In this document: in pieces, positions 37,369-46,835 of the stretch | How positions within the stretch are numbered: position 1 is the first letter of the stretch | How the letters are laid out: each line of letters begins with the position of its first letter | Source of the DNA: Patescibacteria group bacterium | GTDB taxonomy: Bacteria; Patescibacteriota; Minisyncoccia; UBA6257; 2-01-FULL-56-20 | Direction: 5' to 3' | Length of the DNA stretch: 64,000 nucleotides | Assembly (NCBI GenBank): GCA_018971305.1 | Contig: JAGXBC010000002.1 | Location: 80,046-144,045, forward strand | Translations under genes and position numbers: made by a program | The notes under the pieces: model-generated | What the model was told of the DNA's origin: nothing | Database searches by the model: none | Seen by the model: the letters and a program-made list of their open reading frames with translations, nothing else

Positions 37369-38508
37369 ATGGAAACAGCGCAGAGGATAATTCCGAAAGA
37401 ATGGAGTATAAAAAAGGTTGAAGACCTTTTTGAAATAGGCCGCGGAAGAGTTATTAGTAAAAAAGAGATTCAACAAAACCCGGGACCATTCCCAGTATAC
37501 TCTTCTCAGACTTCAAACGGTGGGGAGTTCGGGAAAATAGGAACCTATGATTTTGAGGGGGAATATTTAACATGGACTACTGACGGCATTTATGCTGGGG
37601 CAGTATTTTATCGGAACGGTAAGTTTAACTGTACAAACGTTTGTGGAACCTTAAAACCAAGAGGGCATATTGATGCTCGATTTTTCTCTTACCTGCTGCC
37701 GTTGTACGCAGGGCGGCATGTCGTAAGAACCGCTAATCCAAAATTGATGAACAATGTCATGGCAAGGGTTTCAATACCAGTCCCGCCAATTAAGGAACAG
37801 AAGAAGATTTCAGAAATTTTAGTGGCGGTTGATCGGATAATTCGAGGCACGGACGAGATTATCGCCGTTACGGGGAAACTTAAGCGAGGGCTAATGCAGC
37901 ATTTTTTTGCCAAAAGCGAATGGAATAGAAAAAAGATTGCTGATATTGCAGAAGTTGTCACCGGTGGTACCCCAAAAACATCGGTCCCAGAATATTGGGA
38001 TGGTTCAATCCGATGGATGTCATCCGGCGAGGTTAATCTAAGACGGGTCAGGGATACGGAAAAAATGATCACACAGAAAGGATTTGATAATTCTAACGCG
38101 CGAATGTTACCTCTTGGGACGGTAATGGTTGCGTTGGCTGGTCAGGGGAAAACTCGAGGGAAGGTAGCAATATTAGAAATTGAGACTACGTGCAACCAAT
38201 CTCTTGCCGGGATTATTCCGAACGCGAATCTTTTATCGAATGAATTTCTCTTTTACAACCTCGAATATCGTTACCAAGAACTGAGAGATATTAGCGGCGG
38301 CGAAGGTCGCGCAGGATTAAATCTAAAACTGATCAAAGAGTTTGTGGTTCCAGTCCCGCCACTACAGGAGCAGAAAAAGATTGCAACAGCCCTGACGTCA
38401 ATCGACAAAAAGATTTCAATCAACCAGAAATTAAAAGCCGAGCTTAATCTTCTCAAAAAAGGTCTCATGCAAGATCTTTTGAGCGGAAAAGTACGGGTAA
38501 CCATCTAA
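37369..38508 (+). CDS. hsdS: Type I restriction-modification system, specificity subunit HsdS (two TRDs)
   Basis: Two target-recognition domains separated by the conserved central repeat; ATG at 37369 sits 1 nt after the hsdM stop (translational coupling). Confidence 0.8.
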   Translation: METAQRIIPKEWSIKKVEDLFEIGRGRVISKKEIQQNPGPFPVYSSQTSNGGEFGKIGTYDFEGEYLTWTTDGIYAGAVFYRNGKFNCTNVCGTLKPRGHIDARFFSYLLPLYAGRHVVRTANPKLMNNVMARVSIPVPPIKEQKKISEILVAVDRIIRGTDEIIAVTGKLKRGLMQHFFAKSEWNRKKIADIAEVVTGGTPKTSVPEYWDGSIRWMSSGEVNLRRVRDTEKMITQKGFDNSNARMLPLGTVMVALAGQGKTRGKVAILEIETTCNQSLAGIIPNANLLSNEFLFYNLEYRYQELRDISGGEGRAGLNLKLIKEFVVPVPPLQEQKKIATALTSIDKKISINQKLKAELNLLKKGLMQDLLSGKVRVTI

Positions 38509-38512
38509 AGAT

Positions 38513-39859
38513 ATGAAAGATAACGGCATCATAGAAAAAATATATGACATCGCGACTAGCCATTTCCACAAATGGTATGGTCTTCTTTCCGCGCTTCTTT
38601 TAGAGGCCATTGTCCTGCTTTTCGTTTATGGATTGGTGCCGAAAGGAGAAGTTCCTTTTGGATGGTATGTCATGGGGATGTCTGTCGTAGCAATTATTAT
38701 ATTGGCCGGCTGGGCGTTTTACGTTTGGCATTATCCAAAACGATCGAAGGATCGACTTGGAGTTGCGATTGCAGTTCAAATCGAAAACTCTGAAGACGCA
38801 AAGTTTTTTAAAAAGGACTTCCTTACCCCATTTAAGAGCAAAATTCATGAGTTGGATTTGCCATTTGATGTCTTAGTACTTAGAAACCACCAGTCGGAGA
38901 CAATTGAGACGATTGAAGATGCCAGGCATGTTTTAAAGAAGACGCGGGCGCATTTCTGCATTTGGGGTTCGATAAAAAAGAGGAGTGGCGCTCCCGCCGG
39001 AGAAAAATATCTATTTTCACTTCGTGGCATCGTTATACACCGGCCGATACAAGAGGTTCAAAAAGTGCTTCTTCGCAAAGAGTTCGATGCGCTTTTGCCC
39101 AATACTGTAATTTTTGAGGAAAACTTGGAGTTTCAGGCTTTTGAGTTCAGGGCAAACCAAGCTGTTACTGCCCTCGACTATATTACCGGACGAGCTGCTC
39201 TTTTGTCCGGCGATTTCAATACCGCAATTCGTTTACATGAATCTTTGCTTAAAGCCATAGAAAGCGGTCAATCTTTTCCGATCAGTGAGGACGCCCTTAA
39301 GAAACTGCTTTCCCTCGAATACGACCAGAAGGCTGGCTTTGAATTTTTTAACCCCCCTGCCGCAGGTACATATCAGGAAAGTATACGGAAATCGCTTCAA
39401 TACGATCAGAATAATTACGGTGCGCTTCTGAAGAGGGCAATCGTTGAATTTAATAACGGTAACGGTGATGCGCGCATCGCCATGAATACAATCAAGGAAG
39501 CTAAAAATCACGCAGGCGGTGGCTACCACTGGTTATACAGCAAGGCATTTTTACACTTCTGGCTTGAAGAATATAATGATGCACTCCAGTGCTGTGAAAA
39601 ATTGAAGGAAAAAAGTTATGGCGGCGAAGAAATTACCGTGGCGGAAGTAATCCTTTTTAACGAGAACCTACTAAAGACTTACGATAAACCGCAATTATAT
39701 TATTGGCTTGGCTTTGTAAGTATTGTGAAAAATAAAAATCTTTCTATAGCTGATAAATACTTTCAGCAATTTCTGGAACATGCGAATGATTCTACGAAAG
39801 ATCTTAAAACACGCGCCGAGAGTTATCTCTCGAGCATCAAAAAGGAAATCGGCTACTAA
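38513..39859 (+). CDS. Unknown 448-aa protein embedded between hsdS and hsdR: 2 N-terminal TM helices + cytoplasmic alpha/beta segment + C-terminal alpha-helical (TPR-like) repeats
   Basis: Starts 4 nt after the hsdS stop and ends 1 nt before the hsdR ATG; TM segments LLSALLLEAIVLLFVYGLV and WYVMGMSVVAIIILAGWAFYVW; no P-loop and no Rx4-6H HEPN motif seen. Confidence 0.6.
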   Translation: MKDNGIIEKIYDIATSHFHKWYGLLSALLLEAIVLLFVYGLVPKGEVPFGWYVMGMSVVAIIILAGWAFYVWHYPKRSKDRLGVAIAVQIENSEDAKFFKKDFLTPFKSKIHELDLPFDVLVLRNHQSETIETIEDARHVLKKTRAHFCIWGSIKKRSGAPAGEKYLFSLRGIVIHRPIQEVQKVLLRKEFDALLPNTVIFEENLEFQAFEFRANQAVTALDYITGRAALLSGDFNTAIRLHESLLKAIESGQSFPISEDALKKLLSLEYDQKAGFEFFNPPAAGTYQESIRKSLQYDQNNYGALLKRAIVEFNNGNGDARIAMNTIKEAKNHAGGGYHWLYSKAFLHFWLEEYNDALQCCEKLKEKSYGGEEITVAEVILFNENLLKTYDKPQLYYWLGFVSIVKNKNLSIADKYFQQFLEHANDSTKDLKTRAESYLSSIKKEIGY

Positions 39860-39860
39860 T

Positions 39861-42773
39861 ATGAAATTCAACGAACAACATACAATTGAAAATCACATCA
39901 TCAAGTTTCTCAAAGAGGAGCTTGGTTATGAATACATCAAACCACAGGAATTTGCGAAGCTGCGGGAATTTGAGAATGAGTATGTAATCGTTTCGTTACT
40001 TACTGCGGCCGTAAAGAAAATCAATGGAATTACCGATGAAACAGAAGCGCAAGCGGTGGTGCGCGAGATCAAAAAACTCGACTCGAATGAGGCATTTTTA
40101 AATGTCCTTCGAAACGGGGTTAACCTGAAGGACCCCGAAACCGGAAAGATGCGCGACTATTTTGTTGTTGATTATGGCAAACCCGAGGATAACCACTTCG
40201 TTGTTACGAACCAGTTTTATTTCGAGGGCAATTCAGAAAATATTCGCCCGGATGTGATGGTATTCCTAAACGGTTTGCCAGTGGTTGATATTGAGGCCAA
40301 GAGCCCAACTGTCTCAAGTAGCATTGATTACTCCAATGCCGTAGGTCAGATAAAACGATATGAGCGCAATGCATTTAAGCTTTTCTGGTCGAACTGTTTC
40401 AATATTGCTTCCGATGGCCTGAAGACCGTATACGGCGCTACCTACGCTCCGGCGGAATACTTCTTGCAGTGGCGAGAGGAAGAATTGGAGAAAAAATATG
40501 GCGAAGAGCTCGAGGTGACCCTCGCCGCACTTCTCTCGCATGATCGCCTGCTGGATATTATTGGGAACTTCATTCTCTTTGAGAAAGAGCAGGAAGGAGC
40601 CGTGAAGAAAATTACCCGTTACATGCAGTATCGGGCAACGAATAAGATTATTGAACGCGTCCAAAAAGGAGAAACGAAACGCGGCCTCATTTGGCATACA
40701 CAGGGGTCGGGCAAATCTTTTACGATGTTTTTCACTGCGTGGAAGTTGCGGTTTGACAAGAAACTCAAAAATCCGAAGGTTTTTGTATTAGTGGATAGGA
40801 TTGATCTTGATGACCAGCTCTATAACACGTTTCTCAATTGTGGCGGACAAAATGTAGTCCGGGTAGAGTCGCGGCGCGATCTTGAACGCAAAATCCAATC
40901 TCCGGAGCGTGGTATTTTCATTTCTACGATTCAAAAGTTTTCCGAGTTGGGAGATGAAGTAAAGAACCTCGATGAAAACATTATCGTGCTTTCGGATGAG
41001 GCGCACCGGGATAATGAAGGCATCTCGGCGATTAACCTACGCAGCGCCATGACGAACGCCTTCTTCTTCGGCTTTACTGGTACGCCGATTGATCGGGTAA
41101 CGCTCAACACGCACCGCAACTTCGGCGAGGAGGGAGAGCGCTATCTTGATTACTATTCTATCCAGCAAGCCATTGATGATGGCGCGACGTTGCCGGTTAC
41201 TTACGAAGCACGACTTTCTAAATTCTTTATTGACGAAGAAGAACTCGATAAACAGTTTGACGAGCTTACTGTGGGTTTGAATGAAAAAGAGAAAGACCGA
41301 ATTTCAAAGAAATATGGCAAGAAAGAAGCGATCATAAAGCTCGATAGGCGCATGGAGGCGATTGCTCGGGATATCGAGGAGCATTTCAAACTCTATGTTG
41401 AACCAGCTGGCTTCAAGGCGCAGATTGTTTGCTATGACCGCGAGGCAACTGCGAAGTATAAAAAACTGCTTGATCAGCTGGTCCCCAAAAATTGGTCCGA
41501 GGTCATCTACTCTCCCGGCGATGCTAACACCGATCCGGAAGAATTACGGACATATAATACGACGAAGGCGAAGCGTGAGAAGCTCATTAACGAGTTCAAG
41601 GATCCTAATAGCCCTCTGAAGTTCTTGCTCGTTTGCGACATGCTTTTGACTGGCTTTGATGCGCCAGTCGAGCAAGTGATGTATCTCGATAAACCACTTT
41701 GGGATCACAATTTGCTGCAAGCAATAGCACGTACAAACCGTATTTACCCGAATAAGGGAGCTGGCAAGATTATTGATTATTACGGCATTACCCGGAGTCT
41801 TTACAAGGCGTTGAACTTCGACGAGAGCATCGTGGATTCCGCGATGATTAATATCGACAAACTTAAGGAAGAATTCGGTGAGGTTTTGGGTGAGCTTAAG
41901 AACCTTTTTGTCGGTATCAATATCGAAGATCCATCCATTGAAAATCTTCGCCGCTGTCTCAAGATCTTTGCGGACAATATCGAAAAGCAGAAGTTCTTCC
42001 AAGAGAAATACGCACGTCTTAAACTCCTCTTTGAAGTCCTGGCACCGGACCCGTTCTTAAAAAAGCACATTCGCGCTTTCGAATGGTTCACAAGCGTATT
42101 CATCGCTTTCGAGAAAGAATATGGCATGAAGGAGTCCGATGCAGAGTTACTCGCGAAATATGGCGAAAAGGTAAAACAGCTTATCCAGCAACGGGTTGAC
42201 TACGAGGGCATCACCAAGAACTTCCGCGAGCTTAACGTGAACGATCTTTACGTGATGGAGCGGCTCAATAAGATGGATGACGATGAAAAGGCGCTCAATC
42301 TGGAGAAGATGTTGAAGCAGGAAATTTCGATCAACGTAGATACGAATCCGGCCTACAAGAAATTCAGCGAGCGGCTCTTGGCGATACGAAAGGAATTCGA
42401 ACAGCACCAGATTGACCTTGCCGAGCGCATTAAACGCTACCAAGAGCTTTTGTCGGATATAAAAAAGAAAGGAGACGAGGCGAAGGAGCTCGGTTTCACG
42501 CTCAAGGAATATGGCCTATTCGTTATTTCGGAGGAATTTATCGTCGACAGCGATAAAGCCGCAGTGCATGAGTTCATCAAGGAAATGACTGGCCGACTGG
42601 AAGAAATGCTTGACGAAGGTTGGCAGGAATCCTCCAAGCGAGAAGAATTTTTAAAGGAAGCCAAGAGGATCATTCAGGAGCTTGTGCTCAAAGAATACAA
42701 AGGGAAGATAAAGGTCAACGACTTCCACAAGTACTTGAATCGGCTGATTGATATCGTAATTAAGAAATTCTGA
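39861..42773 (+). CDS. hsdR: Type I restriction enzyme, restriction subunit HsdR
   Basis: N-terminal nuclease region (ENHIIKFLKEELGYEYI ... DVMVFLNGLPVVDIEAK = PD-(D/E)xK), helicase motif I HTQGSGKS, motif II DEAH-like LSDEAHR, long C-terminal region; start at the ATG at 39861. Confidence 0.9.
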   Translation: MKFNEQHTIENHIIKFLKEELGYEYIKPQEFAKLREFENEYVIVSLLTAAVKKINGITDETEAQAVVREIKKLDSNEAFLNVLRNGVNLKDPETGKMRDYFVVDYGKPEDNHFVVTNQFYFEGNSENIRPDVMVFLNGLPVVDIEAKSPTVSSSIDYSNAVGQIKRYERNAFKLFWSNCFNIASDGLKTVYGATYAPAEYFLQWREEELEKKYGEELEVTLAALLSHDRLLDIIGNFILFEKEQEGAVKKITRYMQYRATNKIIERVQKGETKRGLIWHTQGSGKSFTMFFTAWKLRFDKKLKNPKVFVLVDRIDLDDQLYNTFLNCGGQNVVRVESRRDLERKIQSPERGIFISTIQKFSELGDEVKNLDENIIVLSDEAHRDNEGISAINLRSAMTNAFFFGFTGTPIDRVTLNTHRNFGEEGERYLDYYSIQQAIDDGATLPVTYEARLSKFFIDEEELDKQFDELTVGLNEKEKDRISKKYGKKEAIIKLDRRMEAIARDIEEHFKLYVEPAGFKAQIVCYDREATAKYKKLLDQLVPKNWSEVIYSPGDANTDPEELRTYNTTKAKREKLINEFKDPNSPLKFLLVCDMLLTGFDAPVEQVMYLDKPLWDHNLLQAIARTNRIYPNKGAGKIIDYYGITRSLYKALNFDESIVDSAMINIDKLKEEFGEVLGELKNLFVGINIEDPSIENLRRCLKIFADNIEKQKFFQEKYARLKLLFEVLAPDPFLKKHIRAFEWFTSVFIAFEKEYGMKESDAELLAKYGEKVKQLIQQRVDYEGITKNFRELNVNDLYVMERLNKMDDDEKALNLEKMLKQEISINVDTNPAYKKFSERLLAIRKEFEQHQIDLAERIKRYQELLSDIKKKGDEAKELGFTLKEYGLFVISEEFIVDSDKAAVHEFIKEMTGRLEEMLDEGWQESSKREEFLKEAKRIIQELVLKEYKGKIKVNDFHKYLNRLIDIVIKKF

Positions 42774-42774
42774 A

Positions 42775-43344
42775 ATGCAAAAACAGATCGCATTGCAAAA
42801 TAAGAAAGTCGCTTACATCCTCCGAAAAAGCAAACGGGCCCGGAGGATGCGCCTTGCGGTGTATTGCGATGGATCTGTTGTGGTGACGATGCCACACGAT
42901 CTTCAGGAAACTATCGCTGAGCGATTTATTCGAGAAAAAACCGAATGGCTATTTTCAAAGTTGGCGTTTTTCAAGCAATTTGAGGGCAAGCCGGTTGCAC
43001 GATATAGTCATGACGATTATCTCAAGTATAAGGATGGCGCTCTTGCGCTTGTCCAAGATAAAGTTAATCACTTCACCAGCCAGCACGGATACCGATATAA
43101 CAAGATCGCGATTAAAAATCAGAAGACGTGCTGGGGCAGCTGCTCCCGAAAAGCCAATCTGAATTTTAACTATAAGATCTTGTTTTTGCCAGAAAACATT
43201 CAGAACTATATCGTTGCACACGAACTGTGCCACCTAAAAGAATTCAATCACTCGAAACAGTTTTGGAAATTAGTGGCAAATGTAATACCGGAATATATGG
43301 AGATTCGTAATCAGCTCAAAAAGAGCGGGGTAAGTTTTTATTAA
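42775..43344 (+). CDS. DUF45/YgjP-like (SprT/WLM-like) zinc metallohydrolase
   Basis: YILRKSKRARRMRLAV..., WGSCS, and HELCHLKEFNHSKQFW (HExxH...NHS) typical of COG1451; begins 1 nt after the hsdR stop. Confidence 0.75.
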   Translation: MQKQIALQNKKVAYILRKSKRARRMRLAVYCDGSVVVTMPHDLQETIAERFIREKTEWLFSKLAFFKQFEGKPVARYSHDDYLKYKDGALALVQDKVNHFTSQHGYRYNKIAIKNQKTCWGSCSRKANLNFNYKILFLPENIQNYIVAHELCHLKEFNHSKQFWKLVANVIPEYMEIRNQLKKSGVSFY

Positions 43345-43376
43345 TCCTACGTGGAAGAAGCTAAATTTCTAAATTC

Positions 43377-45914
43377 ATGGATAGCAGAACCCCATTTATA
43401 AAAGAAGTCGCGAAAACCATCGCGGAAAACCATGCTAAGGGCAGCGAATCTTTTATATTTGGCATCTCCGGCAAATGGGGTGAAGGGAAAACTTACTTTT
43501 TGCACGATCTCAAAAAAGAACTCAAATCTCGTGATAGCTCTTTCGAGATTTTTGACGTAAATGCATGGAAATTCTCTGCTGATAATATTTCTTTCCTTAG
43601 AAATTTCTTAAAAGCTCTCTATCAAAAAAGCGACTTTTGGACAGAAGACGATTTCCGATCATTATATTTTGACACTTCAGAAAGTGGTATTCATTGGAAA
43701 AGATTTGCAACTCTTGTTCTGGTATTGGGCGCTGCTGGCTGGGTCTATTCGCAGCCCGAAGTTTCTAGCTTTATAAACGGCCTCGCTCCGCAATGGAAGA
43801 TCATATCGTCGTTAATTTTGATCCCAACATTGCTTGCTGCTGTGGGTAAAATCGTGATTATTCAAAAGAGTGATCATGCGATTTCAACACTCGACAAATT
43901 CGATGACCTCTTAAAAAGGATAATCGCGCAGTTTAATATTGAGCAGAAAAAAGTAGTGGTATTTGTTGATGACCTTGATCGAGTAACTCCTGAGGTGGCG
44001 AGGGACGTCTTAGATAATCTCAGAACATTTTTCGACAAAAAGGAGCTTACTTTTGTCGTGACCGGAGATCATACTGTTTTAGAAAGATATCTTGGCAAAG
44101 ATCTTCTCCCGGACGAAGATGTACCGACACAGCTCGAAGAAGGGCGCAGATTCTTAAAAAAGATATTCAACGTTTATTGGCGCTTGCCGCTTCCTATAGA
44201 AAACGAGGTGGCAGTCTTCGTTGAAAACGAGTTTACTAAACGCTCCTCTGCCTTAAACGAAATGCTCACCGAAGAAGAGGATAGAAACAAATTCAAAAAT
44301 TATCTAAAAAAGTATTTTGAAAAAAACTTCCGGCAAATAATTAGATTCTTGGACACCACGCTTTTTAATTTTCAAATCATAAAACAGAAAGTGTCGGATG
44401 GCGACGATACACAAAAGCGATATTTTGAGGAAGTTGCAAAACATCCCTTGCTGATAATACGCATCTTAATGATTCAAGAATTATGTGCGCCTTTATTCGA
44501 AAAAATACTCAATGAGCCACAAATCTTAAGCGATTTAGAATACGCTGTCGATAAAAAGGATTCTGCCAAAGTAAATCAAATTGTGGACGATCATAAAAAA
44601 TATCTTTCTGACGCTCAACAGGGCTTCATAAAGAAATTTCTTTATGAAGAACCACGTTTTTACGAAGGGACGAACCTGACAGTGTCCGATCTTCGTCCGT
44701 TTCTTTTCTTAGCTGCGGATGCTAGCTTTGGTGACCAACGGGGACCGTCTAGTGACGATTTTATGATTATCGTTGATGGCGGAGATCCAGCGCAGGTCAA
44801 AAGTTCACTGGTGTCTATCGGCGAAACTAAAGCAAGGGCAGGAGCCAAAGCATTTATTACCCAATTAACTAGTCTGGCAGAACCAGCAAAAACCAATCAC
44901 ATTAAAACCTTAGTCATTGCGCTCGGGGATTTACCACCAGAATATGTGATGCACAAGATTTTTGCCGAAGAGCTGGCATCTGTGGATCTAAGCTCTACAA
45001 ATACTACCGCATCGGCAAATAAGTTAGGAGCATTTAATGCGTTTTGGGCATGGTTAGACATAGTCAAAGATGCAAGTTTACTAGCGTCATATCAAGATAA
45101 ATTTCCCTTTACAAGTGCCTCAGAGATTGATGCTATCAAAATTGATAAAGCCGGAGTATTTACTAGCAGCGTTGCTACGCGTTGGCTTAAAACTTACTAC
45201 TCTCAAGATACCCAGGACGCCGTAAACAAGATGTTGAGTATTTTCCCGAAGCTTGATCTTCCAGAAGTACACAAGCATATGGCGGGAATGGAAGAAGCAT
45301 TAGCAAATGAATTGATACGCGACGCCAATGCAGAATGGAGGGAAAAGCGATTTAGTCTAATAAAGGACTTTACTCCGGAAGGCAAAAAAGTGTTACGCCA
45401 AAAAATATTTGAACAAGCCTCAGCGTTAAATAAAGATATTGTACGGTGGGCAATCGGCAAATCCGGTGATCTATGGGAAACAACAGAAGTCGAGACTGCA
45501 GTACTTGAAAAGCTGGAAACGGCTCAAAACTTTAACGATATAGCGACTGCGCTTAGGTTTATCGTTGATAATAAAATTAGCTCACCAGAATTACTCTGGC
45601 CGAAAGTAATTCCTAAACATGCCACGCTATTAATCGATAATTTGCCACAAATGATCAACGAATCGTATCAAGCCATTTCGCCATCAGAAGAATACGCAAG
45701 CCAGATTATGGATCCCCTGATTCAAAAAATAAAGGGGCTCGGTGAGGCGGAGCAAATCCAGTGGCTTGATTATATAAAAAAGCCGAAATGGCTTTGGGCA
45801 AAAATTACTAAAAAACCGTCCGTTAGGAAATTTGCTGCTATCCAAAAATCTACTAACGATCAGCTCAAACAAGCTCTTACCGACTCTTTGGCAAGCTGGG
45901 ATGAATCGGCTTAA
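43377..45914 (+). CDS. KAP family P-loop NTPase (845 aa)
   Basis: Walker A GISGKWGEGKTYFL (KAP GxWGxGKT), two TM helices inserted after it (LVLVLGAAGWVYS / ILIPTLLAAVGKIVII), Walker B VVVFVDDLDR (KAP hhhhDDLDR); long helical C-terminal region. Confidence 0.8.
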   Translation: MDSRTPFIKEVAKTIAENHAKGSESFIFGISGKWGEGKTYFLHDLKKELKSRDSSFEIFDVNAWKFSADNISFLRNFLKALYQKSDFWTEDDFRSLYFDTSESGIHWKRFATLVLVLGAAGWVYSQPEVSSFINGLAPQWKIISSLILIPTLLAAVGKIVIIQKSDHAISTLDKFDDLLKRIIAQFNIEQKKVVVFVDDLDRVTPEVARDVLDNLRTFFDKKELTFVVTGDHTVLERYLGKDLLPDEDVPTQLEEGRRFLKKIFNVYWRLPLPIENEVAVFVENEFTKRSSALNEMLTEEEDRNKFKNYLKKYFEKNFRQIIRFLDTTLFNFQIIKQKVSDGDDTQKRYFEEVAKHPLLIIRILMIQELCAPLFEKILNEPQILSDLEYAVDKKDSAKVNQIVDDHKKYLSDAQQGFIKKFLYEEPRFYEGTNLTVSDLRPFLFLAADASFGDQRGPSSDDFMIIVDGGDPAQVKSSLVSIGETKARAGAKAFITQLTSLAEPAKTNHIKTLVIALGDLPPEYVMHKIFAEELASVDLSSTNTTASANKLGAFNAFWAWLDIVKDASLLASYQDKFPFTSASEIDAIKIDKAGVFTSSVATRWLKTYYSQDTQDAVNKMLSIFPKLDLPEVHKHMAGMEEALANELIRDANAEWREKRFSLIKDFTPEGKKVLRQKIFEQASALNKDIVRWAIGKSGDLWETTEVETAVLEKLETAQNFNDIATALRFIVDNKISSPELLWPKVIPKHATLLIDNLPQMINESYQAISPSEEYASQIMDPLIQKIKGLGEAEQIQWLDYIKKPKWLWAKITKKPSVRKFAAIQKSTNDQLKQALTDSLASWDESA

Positions 45915-45966
45915 TATAGAACCGGTTACCAAACGACAACCAGTCCGGAGGTGTTATGGGCTATTA

Positions 45967-46701
45967 TTATCCTAATACTGCTCGCTCCCTTCTTTTAAGT
46001 TCCTTCATGATAAAACCCGAATTAATCGGCTTCCTGAAAAGAAAACATTGGGGTCGGTTTTTCTCGGGAACAACATAATCGACAAGACTTTTCCCATGAG
46101 GTAAACCGCAGTGCACTTGGTGAACGAATTCTTTTCCATACTTCGGATCATTAAAATCGCAGTAATACAAAATTTCGTCGGTACTCAACTGAAAACAATG
46201 AGAGTTGCCGTGTCCGAAAAAGTAAACTTCTTTGATGTTTTGGTTGCTCATTATTTTCTCTACATCGGAAATATTTGAGTCGGGATAGAATGAAAAATTT
46301 TGCTGCTTAGCCTCTAAGAGTTTTACCAAACCCTTTATTTCGCGCTTGAGAAAAATTGGCTTGACCCACCCTTCAAGAGTGAACCAATTCGAGTGTCCGA
46401 GAACGACGACCGCTTCGGTGGGCGCGTTTTGACTAAATTTCTTCAAATATTTCCTTACAAAAATATTTTGGAGTGGCCAAAGCACCAAAAATATTGGAGA
46501 GAAGAAAAACATCAGAAATTCTTGGCCAAAATAAACGATTCCCACGATCAGCACGAAGAACAGATGAACAAAGAGAACCGGCAACAGGTGACCCGTTCTT
46601 ATCCATGCATAAACGAGCACGCTCACGTAGGCGAAAAATAAGGGCAGCTTAAATTCAAGCCTTTGAATTGTCTTTCCGAACTTGCTTTCCGGTAATAGCA
46701 T
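45967..46701 (-). CDS. Hypothetical membrane protein (3 N-terminal TM helices + C-terminal globular domain with GHSNW / GHGNSH His-rich motifs)
   Basis: Convergent with the KAP NTPase; no confident family assignment (not a canonical GxSxG hydrolase). Confidence 0.45.
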   Translation of the reverse strand: MLLPESKFGKTIQRLEFKLPLFFAYVSVLVYAWIRTGHLLPVLFVHLFFVLIVGIVYFGQEFLMFFFSPIFLVLWPLQNIFVRKYLKKFSQNAPTEAVVVLGHSNWFTLEGWVKPIFLKREIKGLVKLLEAKQQNFSFYPDSNISDVEKIMSNQNIKEVYFFGHGNSHCFQLSTDEILYYCDFNDPKYGKEFVHQVHCGLPHGKSLVDYVVPEKNRPQCFLFRKPINSGFIMKELKRRERAVLG

Positions 46702-46835
46702 GTATGTTTCAGGAGCATAATTCAGTGTTTGTAAAAAATCAATCTATTGAACTGGGAAGGTTTTTGACCATCTTTTTTCACCCACCGTGATGCAGCGGGT
46801 TTTTTGTGTTTCGCAAAAATAAATCAACAACTACC

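Larger units (their letters stand above)
34100..46750. mobile_element. Putative integrated element A adjacent to the 3' end of tRNA-Val: serine recombinase + Type I RM/KAP-NTPase operon + convergent membrane protein
   Basis: Recombinase next to a tRNA 3' end; defence cargo; eyeballed compositional contrast (recombinase GC-richer, RM operon AT-richer); exact ends and att repeats not identified. Confidence 0.4.
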
